Below are positions 48,800 to 59,235 of a stretch of DNA of 64,000 nucleotides, one piece after another (the first letter of the stretch is position 1; each line of letters begins with the position of its first letter). The stretch comes from Fimbriosthenelais zetlandica (Eukaryota), in NCBI GenBank assembly GCA_977030845.1, contig OZ365109.1, forward strand, positions 38,874,001 to 38,938,000. The letters are read 5' to 3'. The translations under genes and the position numbers were made by a program. The notes below the pieces were generated by a model that made no database searches, had not been told where the DNA came from, and worked only from the letters and a program-made list of their open reading frames with translations.

Positions 48800-51484
48800 C
48801 CCATTATATAATGGTCTACTTACCTTCACTTAATGGTATTTGTATTCACAATCATCTGTTGTCAATCCTGGTTTTGTGGCATTTGCACTTGCCGAAGAAA
48901 GCCAGGATGCCTTTTCTCAGTTCATATTTATGTGGCCAATCGGGAAATGCAAGTTTTGTTATTTCAATGTATAATTCTGACTGGATATATTGTGGTTATA
49001 TCTTCCAATAATGGGACTGTAAATATATTCCTTTTTAAAGGATTTTTCTTTCAAGTGTATTAACTCTTAAGGAAGTTATGTTAGGGTTATTTTTTTCATA
49101 TCGAAAACCATGACATCAAAATATGGAATAATTGTTCAAATTCTTGTTGCCTATTTATATTTTAATTATATGTGAGTCTGGTCTGTAAGTTTCTGCTCAG
49201 ATGCAACATGAGTTGGGATCCATGTGCTACACTAACGTTAGTTCATAATATTTACCTTTATGTTACCCATTATAATGTAAATCATTTTAAGCAATATGCC
49301 TGAATGGCCCTAAATTATTTCTCTTTGATGGGTTAGATTAAAAATGTTGTGAGCAGGGTTTTTATAATTAAAACGATATACTTTTCTCAAATAACTGAAA
49401 AAGAAGATGTGAATTACATGAAGTTAAATATAAAATTTTCTCTTCATGTCACTCATGCAATATATGTTATATATTGGGACAAGTGTACTGCCATCATATC
49501 TGTAGGCTAGTTCCTATTTGTCCATTTTTGGACACTGGCATTTAAGTTATGACATTTAAGTTATGACAAGAATGATATTATCCTTTCTAGGTTATTAGCA
49601 AAGGAGTAATAATACATATCTGTATTATCAAGTGCTGATAATCTCAGACAACTCGTGAACACTGAACATTTTTCTTGATGTGTCATACATCAGCTGTTCC
49701 AAAAATAGAGACAATCGCAGATAGCAATTATATTTTCCCCTTTGACATTAGTCATTGTCAGTGGTGCCACCGTCAGTTTTATGTAGTCTGCTACATTTCC
49801 GCTTCCTGTTTCTCACCTGTCAAGTGTATGGGCCTCATATGTAGGGTGCCCATGGACAGTGATATAAATAACATGGCTCATTTGCAAGTACTGTGAGAAG
49901 AACTGAATGTAAAACTAAAAGGTATGTCATCCACTGAAAAGTGGAAGGGGGACATATACTACAGCTTTCTGGGAACCGTTTGTGTATTGAATTCCCTACT
50001 TCCATGTGTATTTTTATGGCAATACATAAACCGGAAGTAGCCATGTCTACAGGTGGACGTTTTTTTTCATGCACTAGGTGGACAATCGATTATGGCTATC
50101 TGTAACTGCCTCTATTGCCTATATTGACGTCAAGAAAGTGGCTCAGTGGACATGGGCCTTTAGGCATTCATATAATTATGAGATATTAGATTCAACATTA
50201 CAGAATTAAAATGGTGCTAGATATAGGATCGAGGTATGTCATCTATATTTTGTCATTCTTGACATCACTACTGGTAGAGGCTTATGTGATTTCCTTGTCT
50301 ATTTGGAATGTCCCACGAGACATTATCATGACTTATAATGGCGTAAGACATATTATATATATGTGAATTTCTCTTATTGACGAAATTTATACGTGGATAT
50401 TGTAATATTAGTAAATATTATCATTGTAAATGTTGGCAACGACAATCAGAAGATGGTGAACTTGTAGTACTACCCATTTTTGGCATATGCTAGTCAGCAT
50501 AGATTTTAATTGCGAATTGATTTAGTTTCTCATTTATTGTATTAAAGTTGTGGTAAAGCCTTTTCTGTTAGGGGCACCTGTCGGTTCTAATATAGATGTC
50601 AAATTGTAGCCAATAAATGCTATTGTAGAAAATAATAAGGATAACAACTTCAATATACAGTATATGTTAGTGTCACTGCCAAAATCACATAGAATGGGAT
50701 TTAAATGTTTAAAAATATGTTTAAAAATAGCTGCTTCATCTATTCATGACAAAGACAAAGGAAGCGAATCAGCTGTGATGTAAGCATATCAATTAATTTA
50801 GGAGCTTTCCGGAATAACGCCTGTCTAGTTCTGGTCTAGGCATAGTAGTGTCAACGTTGTCCCATGTGTCTATTACTAAGTTCGTAGGCCTATGTACTAG
50901 GCTTAGTATTAGGCCTATGTTTTGTGTAGGTGATCTGCAGAATAGTATCCAACAATGAATGACGTTGCTGAAAATAAGTAATGTTCTTGGTGCCAATCAT
51001 TTCGTTTTCATTCATTTAGGTTTAATAATATGGTTCCTTGGGAATTAACCTTGTACAGCTAGTCCAATAATTTTATGTTTCTTTAGGATTTCAAAGGTTA
51101 ATGCCTTGCAGGAAGAGTGAAGGAATTTGTCAGAGACTTTCTGTTTTAGTAAACTGTAAATGGAAGTCGCGCGTTCAACTTGGAAGTTTCCTGTTATTAT
51201 ACTGAATACATGTACAGAATATTCAACAGTGCTTGCCAAATAGCTCCCACATAAGCTTTTTGCAGTGAAAGTCTTTGCTTGTCAACTAAGATAATCATAA
51301 AACCGATATTCATGAAGTTAGATTAGATAGAAAAAGATTATTCCACTTGGTGGTGTCAACAATGATAATTATATACCATAATGTTATGTCCCTACTGTGT
51401 CACCTTAGAATTTTATTACGCACACGTGGAATTGAGGGTAATGTGGAAGAAATCAAATATGTGATAGTAGCTTTTACATACTAA

Positions 51485-51687
51485 TGCTGGGCCCCCATAG
51501 AGGCGATTCTCCAAGAGATATCTGCGCGAAACTATATTTCTAGTCACACCCAATGCTTGTCATTTTTGTTTAGCTCTTTACACTTAGCTAAGGCTAACCA
51601 CTGACAAAATTACAAGTATTGGGTGTGACTAGAAATATAGTTTCGCGCAGCTATCGCTTGAAAAATCGCCTATATGGGGGCCAGGCA
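51485..51687. mobile_element. MITE family A
   Basis: Same arms, TAA target duplication. Confidence 0.87.
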
Positions 51688-52141
51688 TAAAAGATATAGC
51701 CCTATAATAGAACGTTAGTTGGACATCAATTGCTTATTACAGATGGGCCGACCTGGGGTATGTCAGGATAACGACTCAGTGGGCATTGAGTGGGCTAATA
51801 TTACTCTGTTTTCTCTTGAAAATAATATAGTCATTGATTCGTCAGGTTGTAGAGATTCATGAGGTTACCGGTAAGTATTGATGAAGCTAACCTATAATTG
51901 TAAACTTTCAATAACATGTCTGGTATAGGCTATGGCTTTAAAAATCTTAGGTACAATATGACATTATCTTTGGGTTTTACATTCAGGATATTACATTAAA
52001 TACTCTTTGAGGTTAGCTATGATTTTACTATCAGTTGAACATCATTTGTGTTGTGAATGGGGTAACTCCACTGGGCTCTTTTACATTGTGAGTATGGCCA
52101 TTTTTGTTTCAAATTACTTTTCCGCGGCAAAGATTGCAATG

Positions 52142-52431
52142 CAGGGTTCCCGCGCGGCATTAAAATGTCTTAAAAAGTCTTAAATTGGTTGTGAAAAATT
52201 TAAGGCCTTAAAAAGTCTTAAATGTCGGCCTTTTTGGTCTAAAAGGTCTTGAAAAAGTCTTAAATTTGTTGACGTCACTTCCGACGATATTACTAATGAT
52301 TTATCTGGCAATTTTATCGACTATCCATTGTCAGAAAGTGTGTATTTTAGGTCTTAAAAACGAAGATCATAGGTCTTAAAAAGTCTTAAAAAAGTCTTAA
52401 ATTTTATCATCTCCAAACCGCGGGAACCCTG
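52142..52431. mobile_element. TIR element with family-D-type termini but a different interior (AAAGTCTTAAA subrepeats)
   Basis: CAGGGTTCCCGCG...CGCGGGAACCCTG, flanked by direct CAATG repeats. Confidence 0.8.
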
Positions 52432-53531
52432 CAATGGGAAATTGCAATGGGAAATTCCACTGCATCGCAAGTGTCCCAAGGCTCCAATTTTCTTCTGAGA
52501 AAGTCTTACGAGTGTTGCAGTTTTTTGCGAGTGGGTAGAAGACTCCTACATACACTAATGAACAATCGCAGTCCCTGCATAAAATCCAATGGAGGTACCC
52601 CATATTTAGGTTCTTTACCAAAATGAAATTGTCCAGGTTTATATCCAATATTTTACCATGACTATAGCATTATAATATAACTTTATCTCTTCAAGGTTCT
52701 GTCTTGAATGTATAACTAATGATGGGAACATTTAAAATTATGTTACATTACCAAAATAAATTCATTTATTTAAAAAACAATATATTGTACCGGTATGCTA
52801 TTAATATTATGTTTTAATATAATTTGGTTGGATTTGAATTTAAGTACGTTTTTATTGAACATAATCGGCACAGTGGTCGATCTTCCTAATGTACAATCAT
52901 ATCAGAATTAAGGATAGTACACTATTTAATAAAAATTATAATAGTTGGTTTATGAATTATTTTTAAGATTTTTAAATGACCATAATTATAATTATTCTCT
53001 TCAAATTGGCTAAAACTTCTCATTAGTGGGAGCCTCTGAACCAAACCGGTATTAACTTCCATTTCTATGTACGATGTTTAGCTTTCTTTCTATTTAATGC
53101 AACCATAGAACAGTTCTATGATGCAACCTACTATTTCAAGTATAGAGTTTAATACTTGTGTAATCTCAATTAGTCAAGAAAAATTTAATGATGAGATTCA
53201 CTTTTCTTTTACTTTTTTCCCATGTAGATTAGTATAAAGAATTATAGGCTGAGCCTAATTGGTTGACAACTTTAAAGGCATATCCTGACGTCACTTCCGC
53301 ATCCGCTTAATGGCTAGGACAGCTCCCACGCCAAATTTTCAGAAATTACATGAATTCTTAATCCAGACCACTTGTGATTCAGGTAAGTCTTTTTTTATAT
53401 ATATAAAATTCAGTCGAGAATTATAGACTGGAGGCTTGTCGTCGACAACTTTTCTTGGAAGTTTACCCTGATTTATCGACAATAATTGTAACAATTTAAG
53501 CATGCATTAATTAAGTCTATAAATATCATAA

Positions 53532-53832
53532 TCACATGTGGGCAGACTGAACGTCTATTCCACTGTCGATGGAGCCTTTCTGGTCCATTGATTTCAGCAG
53601 AAATGTCACTGCATTGGGATCAGATGTGGTCATTGTCAGTGACAAGTCATTTCTGGAAGAGAAAAGGTTGAAAATGGAATAGGTTTTGGACAAAATATTC
53701 TTAGGCAAAGTGCTAAACACATTTCTGTAAGAGAAAAGGTTGAAATTGGAATAGGTTTTGGACAAAATATTCTTAGGCAAAGTGCCAAACACATTTAGCA
53801 GGCCTGCCATTTTCTTGGTTTCTCCTTGGGGC
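53532..53832 (-). CDS. amt: Amt-B probable terminal exon 9 (cytoplasmic tail)
   Basis: ccttttgaaacag|G CCC CAA is the only nearby AG compatible with phase 2; 100 open codons follow to SAHM*. No homology support is available for this tail. Confidence 0.62.
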
Positions 53833-56800
53833 CTGTTTCAAAAGGAATATTGGCCTAGACTTAGCATGTCTAATATTCCTTGAAACAGGCCCCTGGGGTG
53901 TATACTGCTCAGTTTCAAATTGGTGTTGACAAAGTTAGATGCGCCGAACATGTGACACTAGCTTACTGAAGATCAACCTACTTAAAGGGGCACTATCACG
54001 GAGGCGCAATAAGTATGACTTTCCTTTTAAATATGTCCTTAAAAAGGGAGGACGTAATTAAATGTACAGACGGTATAACGTCACTCAAAATGAAGCAGGC
54101 CTTCCCGGCGCTCATTGTGCCACCGTGATAGTGCCCCTTTAAGATGTAGGTTGGGGTGTATGACCTACTACAACAGGAGTGATTCTTAACGAATTATTGG
54201 TGGTATAATAACAAAGCTGCTTACCTACAACATGACAGGGTCAAATCTAGCAGTAGTTTGTTGATTTTAGTTTTAAGTGTCGGGTCAATACCTCCATCTT
54301 CACTTAGCACAGTATCCACGGCTTCTGTTACTTCCTTCTTCTCAGAAAACATACCCACAATCCCGTGCTCCAGGAAGTCTGCCCCAAGCTCCTCCTCCTC
54401 GGCTGAGAGCCGTATTCCCATTGTTTTATCAAGCATCTGAGGTGGAATTTAGAAATACGGAAATCTATAATTATATCTGTATCTATTTTTGCGTTGATTG
54501 TTCTTTTCTCTATAGAAATAACATTTCGTGCAAATATTACTTATGCTCAAAACCCCCTCAAATTGTGCCTTTTAAGCACACTTATTATACTGAGTATATT
54601 ATAGGTTGTATAGGTTCAATATTTGCATAGGTTAACCCTGAGCAAATCATATCAATTCTATCTAGTTTGCTCTCTGTATTCATTTGCTAGAGACGTTCAC
54701 TCTTTCATCACTGGCATGCGATGTCAATATACATCTGCACAATGACAACACTTGCTATCGTCATCATATGTTTTAGTGAGGTCTCTATAATATATTGATC
54801 GGTGTATAATAATCTTCATCTTTATTACAAGTCTATATTCTCTATCATTGAACAAATATGGGGAAAGAAATGATATTTCTACTTTTGATCGCATTTTGCT
54901 TTGCCATTAATGGATTCCTTTTGTACCCGATGGAAAATTGAGAAAGCTATAATAATGCTTGTCAAATGGTATAAATAGACAGAAATTTTGCGGGTTAGTT
55001 CTGTCAGGATAGACTTAAGCTGGGACTCCACTGCTGCGATTTAGTTTGCGACACTATTGCGACAAACAAAGGTGATTCTGGTGTTGCAATGCAAAAGTAC
55101 CAATGGAGGATGACCCTAAGGCCTTGGGTACTACGACCACAATTTATGTTATTGCAACACAAACATCACCTTTATTGCAGTAGAATCGCAAGCAGAATCG
55201 CAGCAGTGGAGTCCCAGCTTTAGGTTTTAATTACCAGCAAGATGATCCCAGAAGTTAAGAAAGTCCAAGCACTGATGACCACGGCAGTGAGAGCTTGGAC
55301 GCCCAGCTGGTAGAACTGGCCTGTTTTGAACACCCCTCCATTGTTAGGAATTGTACTGTACTCAGGCTCAAGGAAAAGTCCTAGTCAAAGAAACAGTCAA
55401 ATTAGGTTAATTATAGGACTATCAGTGGTGAAATAAGTCCATATTGCCTTTGAATTCACTTCCCAATGACATGTGCGATTGACTGCCGAAATCTTATTAA
55501 TTATTCGCCTCAAAGGGGAAATGCAAGAAAGGCAATGGGCATGTGTATGATCCTTAACTACTTTGTAATTAATACATACAAGACCATTTTATGTTTAAAA
55601 AAATCCATTCTATTAAATAGGATGTCCTCTGGGTTGGACTGTTTTGCGTGCAAGCATGCCTATACATGTGAAGATCAGACATTCATTTCGGTCATTGTCT
55701 TTGAGATCAGCAGTATAAATATTGCTACAAAGAGGTCTCACATATGGCCCAGAATACACATCTGAAGCAGCAGGCAGTCCTGAAGTTTCTTGGTAAAAGT
55801 CTTGCAGAAAGAACAAGAATTGTAGAAAAGTATTTGATCTCTACTTTTCTTCAGTTCTGTAAGTTTTTTTCAACTCGGCTCTTAAACCCTAAGTTACGAT
55901 AGATATATGCCTAGAGCACCTACCTCCACAGAGCAAACCCCAAATAGCACAGACCCCGTGAACAGCAATCACACCGACTGGATCGTCGATCTTTATTTTC
56001 CAAATACCAAAATCCGACAACGCAGCGAGAATGGACCCAAAGCCGCCAGCGATAAGGGCTTCCCATGGTCGACAAGTCGTACATATAGCTGAAATACAAG
56101 AGTATCTTCATCTAAAGCTTGGACTCCACTGCTGCGATTTACCTTGCGACACTACTGCGACAAATGTTATGCTTGTCTCGCAATGAAATTAATTTATTGT
56201 GGTCCAAGTGTCCAAGGCCTTAAGGCCGTCTTCCACTGACACATTTTTCATTACCACACAAGCATCACCTTTGTCGCAATAGTGTCACAAGCAAAATCGC
56301 AGCAGTGGGGGACGGTCCCAAGTTTCATTGATGTATAACTATTTCTATACCACCTGGCCTGTTTATTCCATTGTTGTACATGCGGGCCCGTCCAGCTAAT
56401 TTTCGCTTGCAAATGTCACAGGGGAAATATCGCAGGGAAAATCCTGCTATGACCTGCGAGGTCTCCACAGCTGAGTTTTTTGTCCAAGCGTTTTCTCTCA
56501 CTGCAGGCCCAGTGAGGGCTCGCTGGACCTTCCTGCAATTTTTTTCCTGTGACAGATTCCAGAGAAAGTTCGTGTCCTGTGACAGATGCAGTTATACAAA
56601 AGGTGGAATGAATTACAGGGAGGCTTTCCCGGGTGCACTTACATGTAATAGACACAAGCGATCCAAGTACTCCATTGATTATTATCCCAATATCAAAGCG
56701 TACGGTTTTGAAGATAACCCCAAATATCATACTGGAAAAAAATAATTATATTATGTAGATGAATGGATTGTGTAAAAAAAAAAACAACAGTATTGTTTCC

Positions 56801-59235
56801 AATGCTGATGACAGCTGAAATCTGAAACGAGGATCGATGTTCTACTAATGGACTGATCTTGAGACTTGCCTGTTTATCACACCAAAGATTCCCCCAGACA
56901 TGGAAGCCACGATTGTATTCACAGCAGCTCTGAAACATATAACACATCTCCTGATGAGTCTTGCTTGCGACCCTACTGCGACAAAGGTCATGCTTGTGTC
57001 GCAATAAAATCACTATATTGTGGTCCAAATGTCCAAGGCCTTAAGGAAATCCTCCCCATGTTCATCTTTCATTGCGTCACAAACAATGCGTCACCTTTGT
57101 TGCAGTAGTGTCGCAAGCAAAATCTTTAGGCTTTATATCAGAAAAAAATAATTAACATGCATTTGCACGTACCTGACTGCAAGCCGCCATTCAGAACTAT
57201 CAGAAATTATGAAAACACTTCCTGAATTAAACCGAAGCCATCCCCACCTGCAATATTTCCACATTTATAATTACAACACTGCATTTCTAGAAAAAAAGCA
57301 GCAATGCACAAAATATAGTTTGCTAAAGTATACTCTAGCTTGCCTGGATATTAGTTCATAAATAAAAATACCATTATGATTGCAATGCATTCTTACCATA
57401 ACATGAACATTCCTAGGATGGCTTTCAGGGGCGATGGAAGGGGCTCCCTTGTCTTTTTGAAAGCGCCATTCCGTGGCCCAAGCACCATGGTGGCTACAAG
57501 CCCAGTGACCCCACCCACTAGGTGAACTGGTCCACACCCGGCAATGTCTATAGCCCCCATTTTATAAAGAAACCCTGATTCTGCCCACACCCAGTGCGCT
57601 GGAATACAGTATATGATAGTATTCAAGAGGCTGAAGATAATATAAGCCGACAATTTGGCCCTCTCTGCCATGGCTCCTGACACAATCGTTGTTGCTGTCG
57701 TAGAAAATGAGAGTTGAAAGAGGAAGAGCGCATAATCATAACCCATGTCTTCTCCGTCCGCATCAAAGAGGAATGACCCCACCCCTGTGAAGGGGTTCGT
57801 CCCTGGGTCTTCACCAAAACTGAGGCCAAAACCAACAGCCCAGTACATGATACCTCCAAACACAACATCCAAGGCGTTCTTTATCATGATGTCCACCTCA
57901 TTCTTGGAGCTGACACAGCCTGATTCAAGCAGTCCAAAGCCTGAAAAATTAACTATTCTCTTGTTAGAATGTGTGAAATCAAACAAGCACAGCCGATTCC
58001 CTGGTGGTCTTTGTGCCTATGCATTTCACCCGCAATGGGACTTTTTAGGGCCTGGTTTTGGTTTTCATTATTATTCTGTTATAAAGATATGGCATCAAAA
58101 GCAATAAAATTGAAGAATGGAGCCTACATACATGAACATGCTAATTTATAGATGGCATTTAATGTCACAGGAAGGCCTGATCTTTGCTCGAGACCCTTTC
58201 ATCTGAAGTTCAGTAGCCTTTGGTGTGACCATGACCCTGCAATCTACAGGCTTCCCCCTTTCAACTTAGGTTTGAGGGACAACTGAACTTACTTTGATAT
58301 CTCTAATGATGACCCTGCTTGCTTCTTTAATTTGACAAGGAGGGCAGCAGTGAGTAACCCTAGCTATCCATCAAAGAACAGGATGTGTGGACTTTCATGT
58401 GAACCACAACAGATCAATGAAAGCCACTGATCATCCAGGATAATTGATAGGTGCAGAAGAGATGCTTTGACATGTGGTCCAAATTAAATGATTAACTGTG
58501 GTCCAAATTAAATTATCAATCGTGGTCCAAATTATATTATGGGAAAAAATAACTTTCCACCGTTTAAAAAAACAGAGGGAGACATTACATGGAATTCACT
58601 GAGACAGGAAAATGCATTGGTTGGGATGTATTGAAGAGAAAAACATTGCATAGTGATTGCACTGAACCAGGACTTGACACCGCCCCCGCCCCCAACCATT
58701 AAGAAGATACCATTTAATGATTAGAACCTTGGTATACCAGATACTTGCATGTCAGCGACATTGATTTCCAATTGAAGTCTCAAGCAATGAAGACATGAAT
58801 ACTCCTTTTGGAAATTGGGTTTCAGGCATTTGTACTATACTTTTGTATTTCATTTGTGTATATGTATAAGGTATATTATGCATGATCCTCCAGGGACTGT
58901 ACTTTCGCTACCGTGGATATTTCCTATAAGTTTCTTGCCTGTTTTCATTGAAGACACGCTCACTTTCTTCGCGATTAACAATTGAGTTTCCGAATACTAT
59001 TTTTGTACCAGGTATTTCATTTGTAAAAAGATTTGTAAATATTATATGATCCTCCGGGGATAGTACCTTCGTTATCGTGGACATTTTCTATAAGTTTCTT
59101 ACCTGTTTGCATTGTAAATATGATGACAGCTGAAGTAAGGATCCAGGAGGCATCTTTACCTGTCATCTCTAGCTTTTTACTTGCACTATGATTGACCTCA
59201 AGAAAGGGTCCGGTGATGGTACTGTTCAAACTCAT
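53532..59235 (-). CDS. amt: Ammonium transporter (Amt family), complete spliced gene 'Amt-B', 574 aa
   Basis: complement(join(59103-59235,57397-57940,57173-57247,56870-56929,56643-56731,55924-56088,55235-55380,54225-54436,53532-53832)) = 1725 nt, phases consistent. Motifs: DASWILTSAVIIFTMQTGFGLLESG, FQLSFSTTATTIVSGAMAER, AHWVW, DIAGCGPVHLVGG, FNSGS, DDPVGVIAVHG, EEEELGADFLEHG; both pore histidines present. The last exon is less certain. Confidence 0.92.
53650..53796. repeat. 72-bp tandem duplication inside Amt-B exon 9
   Basis: Two near-identical units, period 72 (24 aa). Confidence 0.92.
53828..53893. mobile_element. 66-bp mini-MITE (family G) overlapping the Amt-B exon 9 acceptor
   Basis: GGGGCCTGTTTCAAAAGGAATATT...AATATTCCTTGAAACAGGCCCC; homolog at 14265-14337. 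Confidence 0.8.
53986..54138. mobile_element. TTAA-targeting MITE (Kolobok/piggyBac-type) in Amt-B intron 8
   Basis: TTAA-AGGGGCACTATCACGG...CCGTGATAGTGCCCCT-TTAA. Confidence 0.82.
54225..54436 (-). CDS. amt: Amt-B exon 8
   Basis: cacctcag| MLDKTMGIRLSAEEEELGADFLEHG...LSCC AG|gtaagc; an in-frame TAA follows if unspliced. Confidence 0.9.
55018..55219. mobile_element. MITE family C in Amt-B intron 7
   Basis: AGCTGGGACTCC...GGAGTCCCAGCT, TTA target duplication. Confidence 0.88.
55235..55380 (-). CDS. amt: Amt-B exon 7
   Basis: ttgactag| GLFLEPEYSTIPNNGGVFKTGQFYQLGVQ...SGIILL |gtaatt. Confidence 0.93.
55924..56088 (-). CDS. amt: Amt-B exon 6
   Basis: tatttcag| ICTTCRPWEALIAGGFG...KIDDPVGVIAVHGVCAIWGLLCG |gtaggt. 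Confidence 0.94.
56116..56324. mobile_element. MITE family C in Amt-B intron 5
   Basis: Same arms; right terminus degenerate. Confidence 0.82.
56643..56731 (-). CDS. amt: Amt-B exon 5
   Basis: ttttccag| MIFGVIFKTVRFDIGIIINGVLGSLVSIT |gtaagt. Confidence 0.92.
56870..56929 (-). CDS. amt: Amt-B exon 4 (GC donor)
   Basis: tgtttcag| AAVNTIVASMSGGIFGVIN AG|gcaagt. Confidence 0.87.
56961..57124. mobile_element. MITE family C lacking termini, in Amt-B intron 3
   Basis: TTGCTTGCGAC...GTCGCAAGCAAAA inverted arms. Confidence 0.8.
57173..57247 (-). CDS. amt: Amt-B exon 3
   Basis: tattgcag| WGWLRFNSGSVFIISDSSEWRLAV |gtacgt. Confidence 0.9.
57397..57940 (-). CDS. amt: Amt-B exon 2
   Basis: tttttcag| GFGLLESGCVSSKNEVDIMIKN...ILGMFMLW |gtaaga. 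Confidence 0.96.
59103..59235 (-). CDS. amt: Amt-B exon 1
   Basis: MSLNSTIT...KDASWILTSAVIIFTMQT G|gtaaga. Confidence 0.9.

Noticed and set aside
57745-58107. Plus-strand ORFs overlapping Amt and FAM20B exons (also 54258, 54277, 55907, 63239, 44502)
   Set aside because: Antisense shadows of real coding exons.
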